Source: Trueperaceae bacterium (GTDB lineage Bacteria > Deinococcota > Deinococci > Deinococcales > Trueperaceae). Taken from it: a stretch of 64,000 nt of DNA. Both the position numbers and the translations under genes were made by a program. Below are positions 18,731 to 27,651 of this stretch, piece by piece (position 1 is the stretch's first letter; each line of letters begins with the position of its first letter). Where the stretch lies: the NCBI GenBank assembly GCA_965213925.1, contig OZ243927.1, positions 3,840,001 to 3,904,000 of the forward strand. Direction: 5' to 3'. The notes beneath the pieces are model-generated. The model saw only the letters and a program-made list of their open reading frames with translations. It was not told the origin of the DNA and searched no databases.

Positions 18731-20227
18731 GTGAAGCGGCGCGACTTCAGGGTGGTGCGCGACAAGAAGGGGGGCGACAGGGAGAAGTACGCCTTCACGC
18801 TGGGCGCGGTGGTCGAGTCGCTCCAGGGCGTCGGGATGCCGACCGACGAGGCGATTGCGGTGGCGCGGCAGACCGAGAAGCACCTGCGCAACGAGGGCGA
18901 GAAGAACGTGGCGCTGGGTGACTTAGTAGCTTATGTGGGGCGCGTGCTCGAGAAAGACTTCGGCGCTGACGTCGCTGAACGTTTCGCGCAGCAAACTCCG
19001 CCCTTCGTGCCGATTATGGTGGTACTAAAGGACGAGCAGACACCCTTCTCGAGGCGCACCCTCGCCAAATCCCTGCAAAAGCTGGACTTCTCCTTTAAGG
19101 ACGCCCACGCCGTCGCCAGCCAAGTCGAGCAGACGCTCCGCACGAGCGGGTTCGAAGTAGTTTCGGAGCGCGAGCTGATGCAGCAGGTCGCGCTGAGTTT
19201 AGAGGCGCTTTTAGGTCGCGCCGCACGTATGCGCTACGAGGCGAAGACGGAGCAGCCGGGCGAACTCATCGTCTTGGAGCCTAACGGGGCGCGCTTTCCG
19301 TACTCGAGGGGCATCTTAGCGCAATCCCTAATGGCGGTGGGGCTCGGTCCCGAATTGTCGCATCAGCTCGCCAAACGCGCCGAGAACGCGCTCTGGCGCA
19401 GGGGCAGGCGCGAGGTGGCGCGCGAAGAGGTGCGCCGCACCGTCAAGCTCTTGCTCTTGCAAGAAGCGGGCGAGGAGTTCGCTCGCCGCTACGAGCTGCT
19501 GCGGAACGTGCGCCGCCCCGACAAGCCCATCGTCGTGCTCATCGGCGGCGCGCCGGGGGTCGGCAAGTCGAGCCTCGCTTCGGAGCTTTCGTACCGGCTG
19601 GGCATCCCGCGCATCGTCTCGTCGGATTCGGTGCGGCAGGCGCTACGCTCGCTCATTAGCGCGGAGCTGAGCCCGGCTTTGCACGCCTCGAGCTTCTCCG
19701 CGTGGCGCGCCGAGCTGCTCCCGAGCGAACTCAAAAACGCCAAACCCAAACGCAAGCGCGTGGTGCGCGGCTTTCAGCGGCAGGTGCAGCAGCTCACCAC
19801 CGCGCTCCTAGCCATCCTAGACCGCAACATCGAGGAGGCGACCTCACTGGTCGTCGAAGGCATCCACCTGGTGCCGGGTTTTATGCCCTTAGCCGAGCGC
19901 GAAGGCGCGACGGTGGTCGAACTCGTCTTGCACGTCACCGACGAGGAGAAGCACCGCAGCTACTTCGGCGTGCGTGAGTTGCAGACGCGGCAGCGGCGCA
20001 GCAGCGAGGCGTATCTAGCGCACTTCGACGAAATCCGCATCCTGCAGAACTTCATGGTCGAACGCGCCGAAGAAGAGGGCGTTCCCGTCGTTGAAACGAA
20101 CGACTTCGACCAGGCGGTCGAGCAAGCTATCGAGCTTATCTTAAATGCGGTCTTAGCCGAACGCGCCGAGCCTCTAGCTGACGAGTTGGAGGCGTTGGGG
20201 CGCGAGGTCAACGCGGGCGGCGTTTAG
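18731..20227 (+). CDS. ATP-cone-containing 2-phosphoglycerate kinase-like protein
   Basis: Three repeats of (P)F/YSRxxLxxSL-type ATP-cone pattern; IGGAPGVGKS, SSDSVRQALR, VVEGIHLVP. Confidence 0.8.
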   Translation: MKRRDFRVVRDKKGGDREKYAFTLGAVVESLQGVGMPTDEAIAVARQTEKHLRNEGEKNVALGDLVAYVGRVLEKDFGADVAERFAQQTPPFVPIMVVLKDEQTPFSRRTLAKSLQKLDFSFKDAHAVASQVEQTLRTSGFEVVSERELMQQVALSLEALLGRAARMRYEAKTEQPGELIVLEPNGARFPYSRGILAQSLMAVGLGPELSHQLAKRAENALWRRGRREVAREEVRRTVKLLLLQEAGEEFARRYELLRNVRRPDKPIVVLIGGAPGVGKSSLASELSYRLGIPRIVSSDSVRQALRSLISAELSPALHASSFSAWRAELLPSELKNAKPKRKRVVRGFQRQVQQLTTALLAILDRNIEEATSLVVEGIHLVPGFMPLAEREGATVVELVLHVTDEEKHRSYFGVRELQTRQRRSSEAYLAHFDEIRILQNFMVERAEEEGVPVVETNDFDQAVEQAIELILNAVLAERAEPLADELEALGREVNAGGV

Positions 20228-20304
20228 GCAGGACAGCGCCGTGCCCCCTCATATTTTGTTAATTCCCTCAAAGGAATCAGCCTCGCCGCGCTAGGATAGA
20301 GAGC

Positions 20305-21240
20305 GTGTTGCGTTTTATTCTCTTCATCCTCACCGGGCTTCTTCTCCTCACGTCGCTCAGCGGCGCGGAAGAGGTCGTTTCGCTGCCGCGCACCGTGCTA
20401 GGCACCCTAAACCCTGAGCTGTTCGACGAGGCGAGCGGGGTCGCGGTGTCGCAGCGTTTTCCGGGTCGGCTCTACCACGTGAACGACTCGGGCAGTCGCG
20501 GCTTCAACTTCTTCTATACGGACCTTGACGGAACTGATTTGGGCGAAACTCAAATTAACGATGTAAAGCGCGCGGGCAAAGACGTCGAGGAGTTGACGCT
20601 CGGACCGTGCGGCGAGCTGAGCTGCCTCTACATAGGCAACATCGGCGACAACCAGCGCGAGCGGAAGAATATCGACGTGGTGTACGTCGCGGAAGAGGAG
20701 GTGTACGAAAAACGCACCGACTTCTGGAAACACCTCAAGCTGATCTTTCCCGACGGCCATCACGACGCCGAAGCGATGGCGGTGCATCCGAACGGCGACC
20801 TCTACATCCTCACGAAGTCGTGGCGCGCCTACCTGCTCGTCCCGGCTCCGGCGCGGCTCTACAAGATTTCTCACGAGCGCATCGCGGCTGCGCCCGACGC
20901 CGAGCCGCAGACGCTCACTTTCGTCGGCGAGCTGGACCTCGTCAAACTCGGCGACAGGATCTTGGGTAGCGTCGCGACCTCGATGGACATCGCGCCTGAC
21001 GGCAGCAAACTTCTAATCCTGACCTATTGGGGCGCTTTGGAGTTCTACACCGACCTCTCCAAGAAACCGCTAAAAGACAGTGACGCGTTGGTCAAAGGGC
21101 GAGACTACGCCGTGCTTGACATCGCGCCGCTCCCGCAGCAAGAAGCGGTGGCGTACCTGCCGAACGGACGCGACTTCATCTACACGACGGAGCAGCGTAT
21201 CGACTATAAAGTTGCTGAAATCGCTAAGGTCGAAAGGTGA
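20305..21240 (+). CDS. Secreted hypothetical protein (probable beta-propeller)
   Basis: Signal peptide; EASG, HVNDSG, IGNIGDN, DAEAMAVHP, QQEAVAY repeats. Confidence 0.7.
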   Translation: MLRFILFILTGLLLLTSLSGAEEVVSLPRTVLGTLNPELFDEASGVAVSQRFPGRLYHVNDSGSRGFNFFYTDLDGTDLGETQINDVKRAGKDVEELTLGPCGELSCLYIGNIGDNQRERKNIDVVYVAEEEVYEKRTDFWKHLKLIFPDGHHDAEAMAVHPNGDLYILTKSWRAYLLVPAPARLYKISHERIAAAPDAEPQTLTFVGELDLVKLGDRILGSVATSMDIAPDGSKLLILTYWGALEFYTDLSKKPLKDSDALVKGRDYAVLDIAPLPQQEAVAYLPNGRDFIYTTEQRIDYKVAEIAKVER

Positions 21241-21274
21241 AACGAGAGGTCGCGAACGACCTCTCGTTCGGCGT

Positions 21275-22987
21275 CTAGTCGTAAGAAGCGTTCACCACAC
21301 CGTACGCCGCATGCTCGTCGCTGGGCAGGGGCACGTGCTCCGGTCCCTCGATGAGCTTGGCGAGGTGCGCTTTAAGCGCGTCTAGCCCTTGACCTGAAAC
21401 GGCGGAGACGCTCAGCGCGTCGTAGCGCTCTTCTAATTGGCAGAGCGTCGTTTGGTCCGCTAAATCGGCTTTATTGAGCACGACGGTACGTTCGACCTCG
21501 AGCCCCAACTCGTCCAAAATACGGTTCACGGCGTGCGCCCTGTCGGGTGCGCCCGGCGTCGCCGCGTCCACGACGTGCACGAGGATGTCAGCGTCGTGCA
21601 ACTCCTCCAAAGTGGCGCGGAAGGCGTTCACAAGCTCGTCCGGCAGGTCGCGGATAAACCCTACTGTATCGGTGTAGAGGACTTTCGCGCCCCACTCGCC
21701 CAAGGCGGGCAGCCAGCCTTCACGGGTGGTCGGGCGGAGCGTGGCGAAGAGCTTGTTTTGGCTCAACACTTCGGACTTCGAGACCGCGTTGAAGAGCGTA
21801 GATTTGCCCGCGTTCGTGTAGCCGACGAGAGCGATCACCGGCACTTCGGACTGCGTGCGCCCCTTGCGCTTCTCGCTGCGTCGTTTGGAGATGTCGTCCA
21901 CTTCTCCCTCCAACGCCGTGATGCGGTCGCGGATGCGGCGGCGGTCGACCTCGAGCTTCGTCTCACCGGGACCTCTCGTGCCGATCCCGCCCCCCAGTCG
22001 GCTCATCGCCTGCCCTCGCCCGGCTAGCCGCGTCACCTGATACTGAAGCTGCGCCAGCTCGACTTGCACCTGCGCCTCGCGCCCCTGCGCGTTCTGCGCG
22101 AAGATGTCCAAGATGAGCTGCGTGCGGTCTAAGACCTTGAGTTTGGTCTCCTCGGCGATCTCGCGCGCCTGCGCGGGGTTGAGTTCGCGGTCGAAAATCA
22201 AGAGGTCGGCGTCCTCGTGGTACGCCTTTGAGACCAGCTCCTGCAGCTTGCCGCGCCCAATGAGCGTGCGCGGGTCGGGACTGCTACGCTGCTGCTTGCT
22301 CATCACAGCGACCGTCGCGCCGGCGCTCCTGGCAAGTTCGGCGAGTTCGTCCAAGCGGGCGTCGCTCTCAAAGGCGCTCTCGCCCGTGTTGAGCCCGATC
22401 AACACCGCGCGCTCTTGTGAGGTGCGCGTGGTCTCGCGGGCGTTCGCGCTTCGCGCCAGTTCCTCTTCCAACGAGCGGATGAGGTCTAAGATGTCGAGCC
22501 CTTCCGCCTCGCGGATGCGCATGGGCGGCTCGACAAGCCAGTCCTCTTCCGAAGAGGTCGGCGGCGCGACTTGGGCGAAATGCACGTCGCCGAGTTCCGT
22601 GCTGCCCTTGCTGTTTTCGAAAACGTCCACCGCGATCACCGCGTCTAAGCGGTTCAGAAAGAGCGCCGAGAGGTCGCCCCCTGAGAGCCCGCCCGGTTTG
22701 AGGTGCGTGTGGATGAGCCGCAGCCCATAGAGGCGTGACTCGGCTTCGCCCGCGAGCGGGGGTAGCGGCGTCTCTTGCGCGTCACCTACCGCGACGGTGA
22801 CGACGCGCCCGCGTCTATCGACTAAGACGGAGACGGGTTTGTTCAGTTCGAGCGACAGCTCGCCCAAGGCTCGTGCGAGTTCTAGGCTCACCGCCATGCT
22901 CGGCTCTAATTTGCGGCGGTAGAGGTTGCTGAGGCGTTTGACTTGATTCTTTTTGAGACCTGAGAGTTTGCCGTGGACTTTGTTAAT
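21275..22987 (-). CDS. hflX: GTPase HflX, long form; probable ATT start
   Basis: GIGTRGPGETKLE, GYTNAGKS, LFATL, DTVGF, NKAD; GAGGAG 6 nt before ATT AAC AAA GTC CAC GGC. Confidence 0.93.
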   Translation of the reverse strand: MNKVHGKLSGLKKNQVKRLSNLYRRKLEPSMAVSLELARALGELSLELNKPVSVLVDRRGRVVTVAVGDAQETPLPPLAGEAESRLYGLRLIHTHLKPGGLSGGDLSALFLNRLDAVIAVDVFENSKGSTELGDVHFAQVAPPTSSEEDWLVEPPMRIREAEGLDILDLIRSLEEELARSANARETTRTSQERAVLIGLNTGESAFESDARLDELAELARSAGATVAVMSKQQRSSPDPRTLIGRGKLQELVSKAYHEDADLLIFDRELNPAQAREIAEETKLKVLDRTQLILDIFAQNAQGREAQVQVELAQLQYQVTRLAGRGQAMSRLGGGIGTRGPGETKLEVDRRRIRDRITALEGEVDDISKRRSEKRKGRTQSEVPVIALVGYTNAGKSTLFNAVSKSEVLSQNKLFATLRPTTREGWLPALGEWGAKVLYTDTVGFIRDLPDELVNAFRATLEELHDADILVHVVDAATPGAPDRAHAVNRILDELGLEVERTVVLNKADLADQTTLCQLEERYDALSVSAVSGQGLDALKAHLAKLIEGPEHVPLPSDEHAAYGVVNASYD

Positions 22988-23246
22988 GAGACACTCCTCG
23001 GTGGCAGGTATTGTCCGGTCGCAGGCGACCCAAGAGGACAGGGCTTCGCTTAGCATTCACCACGGACAATACCTGCGTGACTAAATTAGTAGCTGTGAGA
23101 GCTAAGCAGTCTCGTTGCTCTTCCGACTTGGAAGAACAACCTGGATGAATTGAGTTTTCTAAAGGGAAACCAGCAGAAGAGGGGGCGGCAAAGCCCAGCG
23201 CAGCGAGAGACAGAGCCTTTATGATCGGCTCCTCTGAAGTGCGGGC

Positions 23247-23276
23247 TTAAAAGCCAAAAGTCAACCTCTTGATCAT
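23247..23276 (-). CDS. Putative hflX leader peptide (MIKRLTFGF)
   Basis: TATAAT at 23286-23291, 9 nt before ATG; 10-codon ORF at start of ~290-nt 5' region. Confidence 0.45.
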   Translation of the reverse strand: MIKRLTFGF

Positions 23277-23370
23277 GATGGGTCTATTATAGCGCATTTT
23301 TGATGGGCAAGGGTGCAAAGATGAACTTTTCCGTTCCTTAGTGTTGATGGGCTTGCTAGGCTGCGAGGTA

Positions 23371-24198
23371 GTGAAACGGTTCCTTTTGATCTCCTTTTTG
23401 CTCCTCTGCAACTTTGCTCAAGCGCAGACTGTCTCGGCGATTAAGCGCGCAGGAGCGACCTTCCCCTCGCTGCAAGAGGTGGCGCGGGCGGCGGGGTACA
23501 GCTCGAGCGCGAGCGCGGGCGGCTTGACCGTGCGTGCGCCAGCGGGCATCCTCACGGTATTCGTAGGTTCGCCCGACGTGCTGTGGCAGGGTGCTCAAGG
23601 CAGACGGCAAGAGGACAGCGCCAGCCTCTCTGCGCCGGTCGCCGAAGGGTGGTACGCGCCGCCCGACGCCTTTGCGCTCCTCAATATTAAGGTGACTGAG
23701 GAGAGCGTGACGTTACCTGATGGAAAAACGTTGCGTGTGCGGGTTCGCACGCCCTCTTTACCGCGTCAGAGCAACAATGCAGAGGTCATTTCGTTGGGGC
23801 GCGGGGTGTCGGGGTTGATGCTGTACGGACGGGGTCCCACCCGCGCCGAGACCTCTTTACTCTTAGTCGACGCCGGACTCCTCTCCCTCGCCCTGCCGAA
23901 CGAACGCCTCGCTCTGGACGGGTTTTTAGACGAGGTAGAAGGCTATAGACCGCTCTACTTCGTCGCCAGCTCGCTCGCGCCGACCTCTTGGCAAGCCGAC
24001 GTGACCTTCTCGCAAGGAGGGCAGCGCTTCACGGCGAAAGCTCCTTTTAACCTGAGCGTTTTAGAAGGCGACACGGGACAACTGAGCCCGGACGCCCCTG
24101 CTTCGGGCGTCATTTTGCTGCCGCAGTGGGTCAGCTTGCGCGAACCTCTCTCGGTGAGTTGGATGGGCGCGGTGGGAAACTTTCAGTTTCGGCGCTGA
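23371..24198 (+). CDS. Secreted hypothetical protein
   Basis: Signal peptide MKRFLLISFLLLCNFAQA; no recognisable domain. Confidence 0.65.
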   Translation: MKRFLLISFLLLCNFAQAQTVSAIKRAGATFPSLQEVARAAGYSSSASAGGLTVRAPAGILTVFVGSPDVLWQGAQGRRQEDSASLSAPVAEGWYAPPDAFALLNIKVTEESVTLPDGKTLRVRVRTPSLPRQSNNAEVISLGRGVSGLMLYGRGPTRAETSLLLVDAGLLSLALPNERLALDGFLDEVEGYRPLYFVASSLAPTSWQADVTFSQGGQRFTAKAPFNLSVLEGDTGQLSPDAPASGVILLPQWVSLREPLSVSWMGAVGNFQFRR

Positions 24199-24414
24199 CG
24201 TCCTCCGTATTTCTACGCTATCTCTACGCTTTGTTACACGAGTGACTGTGCCACTTCTCCCGTGCGAAACATCGAGTTTAGACCTCTTCTGTAGTGATGC
24301 CAACCGCGCGACGCTTGCCTAAGTAAGAACACGCCGAGACACCTCACACCCTCTTCGTATGTCTACCGACGCACCCCCATTTTCTCGTCTGCTAGACTTG
24401 ACTTTGGCATGAGC

Positions 24415-24569
24415 CATCCTTCAGGGCGGGGCGAAATTCCCCACCGGCGGTGATCGCAACGCTTAGATGAGTCTGCGTCAGTCCGCGAAGCCTGAATAAC
24501 CTAATTCCTTCAGGCCCGACTCGGTGAAAACCCGAGACCGACGGTTACAGTCCGGATGAGAGAAGGAGG
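24415..24569 (+). ncRNA. FMN riboswitch (RFN element)
   Basis: TCAGGGCGGGGCGAAATTCCCCACCGGCGGT...GTCCGCGA...GGTGAAA...CCGACGGTTACAGTCCGGATGAGAGAAG, upstream of rib genes. Confidence 0.96.
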
Positions 24570-24751
24570 ACGCTAGTCTGTACCTGCAGGCTAGTGATAG
24601 ATATGTATGTACCTAGACAACTGGGTATTTTGTCGTGTCGTCAGAAGAGGCTGCGCGGCTTTTTAACAAGGCTCGAGCGTTCGACCTGGATACGCGGAGT
24701 CTACTCGGCTGCGGTCTTACCCTATGCGCCGCGTTACTCGGAGAGACGCCC

Positions 24752-25246
24752 GTGAAGCGCGTAGAAGCTGACCTCATCACGAAAGATTTGAAGGTTGCGG
24801 TGGTGGCGACGCGCTGGAATCACTTCATCGTCGACCGTTTAGTCGAGGGGACGCGCACGGCGTTCGTGCAGCACGGGGGGGATGACGATAAGCTCGAGCT
24901 GTTCATCGCTCCCGGCTCCTTCGAGCTGCCTTTAGTCGCCCAGAGGCTCGCCGCAACAGAAAAGTACGACGCCATCGTCTGCCTCGGCGCGGTGATTCGC
25001 GGCGCAACGGACCACTACGACTTCGTCGCGGGCGGCGCGAGTTCGTCTCTCGCCAGACTCAACCTAGACGCGGGCGTGCCCGTCGCGTTTGGCATTCTGA
25101 CGACGGACACCATTGAACAAGCGATCGAGCGAGCCGGAACGAAAGCGGGCAATAAAGGTGTGGAAGCCTTGTTAGCTGCTGTCGAAACTGCCAACTTGCT
25201 GCGTAAAATCGACGCGCTAGAACAGTCAGAACAAGAGGTGGATTAG
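24752..25246 (+). CDS. ribH: 6,7-dimethyl-8-ribityllumazine synthase
   Basis: RWN, PGSFELP, GAVIRGATDHYD, PVAFGILT, RAGTKAGNKG; GGAG RBS before GTG 24752. Confidence 0.95.
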   Translation: MKRVEADLITKDLKVAVVATRWNHFIVDRLVEGTRTAFVQHGGDDDKLELFIAPGSFELPLVAQRLAATEKYDAIVCLGAVIRGATDHYDFVAGGASSSLARLNLDAGVPVAFGILTTDTIEQAIERAGTKAGNKGVEALLAAVETANLLRKIDALEQSEQEVD

Positions 25247-25960
25247 ATGTTTACGGGCATCGTAGAAGAGGTCGGTCAGGTCGTCAAGGTCGAAGAGGTC
25301 GCCCGAAGAGCGGGCAGCGACGTGCGCGTTAGCGTTCAAGCAGAAGAGGTTTTAGAAGGTCTAGCGCTAGGTGACTCTATCGCAGTTTCAGGTTGCTGTC
25401 TTACAGTCGTGGCGCACAGCGCCGACACCTTTGCCGTCGAACTTTCCAAAGAGACGGTGGCAAAAACCGCGCCTCGTTGGCGAGCGGGGGCGCGGGTCAA
25501 CTTAGAGCGTGCCATGAAAGCCTACGGCCGTTTCGGAGGACACATGGTCAGCGGACATGTCGAGGCGCTAGGCGAAGTTTTAGACGTCCGCAAAGAAGCG
25601 GGCGCGTTCGTCATCACGGTTCGAGCCGACGCAAAACTTGCGCGTTACCTTATCCCTAAAGGAAGCATCACGGTAGACGGCGTGAGCTTGACGGCGGTGG
25701 ACGTGGGCGGTCCAGCTGGCTCCGATGCTGAGCTATCCGCGAACGAATTCACGCTCTGGCTTATTCCGCATACCTTAGAGGTCACGACGTTGGGCGAGTT
25801 GGAGAGCGGAAGCAAGGTCAACTTAGAGGCTGACCTTGTTGCGAAATATTTAGAGCGACTCACGCTTATGCGCGACGCGGAAGGAACAGCGGACGAAACG
25901 AAACAGAAGCGTCCGAAAAAAGAGAAGCGGGACCCAGGGAAGAGCCACTATGTCGCCTAA
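25247..25960 (+). CDS. ribE: Riboflavin synthase
   Basis: [45 protein letters not shown]. Confidence 0.96.
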   Translation: MFTGIVEEVGQVVKVEEVARRAGSDVRVSVQAEEVLEGLALGDSIAVSGCCLTVVAHSADTFAVELSKETVAKTAPRWRAGARVNLERAMKAYGRFGGHMVSGHVEALGEVLDVRKEAGAFVITVRADAKLARYLIPKGSITVDGVSLTAVDVGGPAGSDAELSANEFTLWLIPHTLEVTTLGELESGSKVNLEADLVAKYLERLTLMRDAEGTADETKQKRPKKEKRDPGKSHYVA

Positions 25961-27173
25961 TATGTCGCCTGAACATCCTGATCTCTCCTCTATCCCTGAC
26001 ATCCTGACTGACCTACGAAGGGGCAAGCCCGTCATCATCGTAGACGATGAAGACCGTGAAAACGAGGGCGACCTCATCGTTCCGGCGGAAACGGTCACGT
26101 CCAAGATTATCGCCTTTATGATTCGGCATACAGGCGGCGTGATCTGCCTGGCTATGGAAAACGCTTTAGCCGACCATTTAGAGCTGCCGCCGATGGTACG
26201 ACACAATACGGCGCGGCGCAGCACGGCGTATACGGTCTCCATTGAGGCGCGTGAGGGTATGGATACAGGCATCTCCGCGAAAGACCGCGCCACCACAATT
26301 CTTGCGGCGGTGAAAGAAGGCGTGACCGCCGCCGACCTCGCTCGCCCTGGTCACGTCTTCCCACTTCGTGCAAGAAATGGCGGCGTTTTGCGCCGCGCGG
26401 GACACACCGAAGCGGCGGTAGACCTCGCGAAGTTAGCAGGCTTCAAACCTGCCGGGGCCATCAGCGAACTCATCCACGACGACGGCGAGATGATGCGCCT
26501 GCCTGCGATTTTAGAGTTCGCTAAGGAGCACGACCTCAAGGTCGGGACGATTGCCGACCTCATCGCCTACCGCTTGCGCGGCGACGGTTTCGTCAAGCGC
26601 GTCGCCTCGGCTAAGCTCCCGACGCCCTGGGCGACGTTTACCCTGCACGGCTACCAAGATGAGGTCAACCCCACCGAACACCTCGCGCTTTCCCTCGGTG
26701 ACGTGCGCGGCGAGGAGCCCGTCTTGGTGCGGATGCATTCGGAGTGCATGACGGGCGACGCCTTACACAGTTTGCGCTGTGACTGCGGCTTTCAGCGCGA
26801 CGCCGCTCTAAAGATGATCGCTGATAAAGGACGCGGCGTGTTGGTCTATCTGCGCCAAGAGGGGCGCGGCATCGGACTGCTCAATAAAATCAAAGCTTAC
26901 GCGCTGCAAGATGAGGGCTCGGATACGGTGGAGGCGAACGAGCAGTTGGGCTTCGCGCCCGACCTTAGAGACTACGGTGTCGGGGCGCAGATGTTGCACG
27001 ACTTGGGGGTGGCGCGGCTCGAGCTACTCACCAACAACCCCCGCAAAGTCGTCGCGCTAGAGGGCTACGGCATCGAAATCGCCGGGCGCGTGCCGCTCCA
27101 CGTCGGCGAAAATCCGTACAACGAGCGCTATTTGGCGACGAAGGTGGAGAAGTTGGGGCATCTGAGCGATTAG
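25950..27173 (+). CDS. ribBA: Bifunctional DHBP synthase / GTP cyclohydrolase II
   Basis: [56 protein letters not shown]. Confidence 0.96.
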   Translation: MSPNMSPEHPDLSSIPDILTDLRRGKPVIIVDDEDRENEGDLIVPAETVTSKIIAFMIRHTGGVICLAMENALADHLELPPMVRHNTARRSTAYTVSIEAREGMDTGISAKDRATTILAAVKEGVTAADLARPGHVFPLRARNGGVLRRAGHTEAAVDLAKLAGFKPAGAISELIHDDGEMMRLPAILEFAKEHDLKVGTIADLIAYRLRGDGFVKRVASAKLPTPWATFTLHGYQDEVNPTEHLALSLGDVRGEEPVLVRMHSECMTGDALHSLRCDCGFQRDAALKMIADKGRGVLVYLRQEGRGIGLLNKIKAYALQDEGSDTVEANEQLGFAPDLRDYGVGAQMLHDLGVARLELLTNNPRKVVALEGYGIEIAGRVPLHVGENPYNERYLATKVEKLGHLSD

Positions 27174-27191
27174 CCGAGGATTAGACCTAAT

Positions 27192-27527
27192 ATGAGCAGA
27201 CCTCTTTATATTTACGTGGATGTTGACGAAACGCTGGTCAGAAATTATGGCGCGAAACGTATACCTATGCCGAGTGTTATCAAGCACGTCAAAAACCTCC
27301 ATGAGCAGGGCGCGGTTCTGTACTGCTGGAGTTCTGGCGGTGCTGACTATGCCCGTGATTTCGCTAGGGAGCTGGGTATCGAAAGTGCCTTCGAAGCGTT
27401 CTTGCCTAAACCTCAGATCTTGCTTGATGACGTGAAGCTCGCAAACTGGCGTATTTTGAAAGAGATTCACCCGAATGCCTGCGAAGGTTATTTGCTCGAG
27501 GACTATCGCTCACTCCTCTTCGGTTGA
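27192..27527 (+). CDS. Minimal (capless) HAD-superfamily hydrolase
   Basis: YVDVDETL motif I, WSSGG motif II, KP and LLDD motifs III/IV. Confidence 0.75.
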   Translation: MSRPLYIYVDVDETLVRNYGAKRIPMPSVIKHVKNLHEQGAVLYCWSSGGADYARDFARELGIESAFEAFLPKPQILLDDVKLANWRILKEIHPNACEGYLLEDYRSLLFG

Positions 27528-27624
27528 GTAGGGGCGGGTTTGAAACCCGTCCCTATACAGCGCCGCTAGACATTCACATATGAACGCAACGTGACGTAGG
27601 GGTGATTCATGAATCACCCCTACG
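27528..27624. repeat. Pair of GTAG-tagged REP-like palindromes
   Basis: GTAGGGGCGGGTTTGAAACCCGTCCCTA (27528) and perfect GTAGGGGTGATTCATGAATCACCCCTAC (27596-27623). Confidence 0.8.
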
Positions 27625-27651
27625 CAACTCGGTTCGTACTAAACGGAGCGC

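Noticed and set aside
24635..24751. N-terminal extension of ribH
   Set aside because: Lies in riboswitch leader; RBS supports GTG 24752
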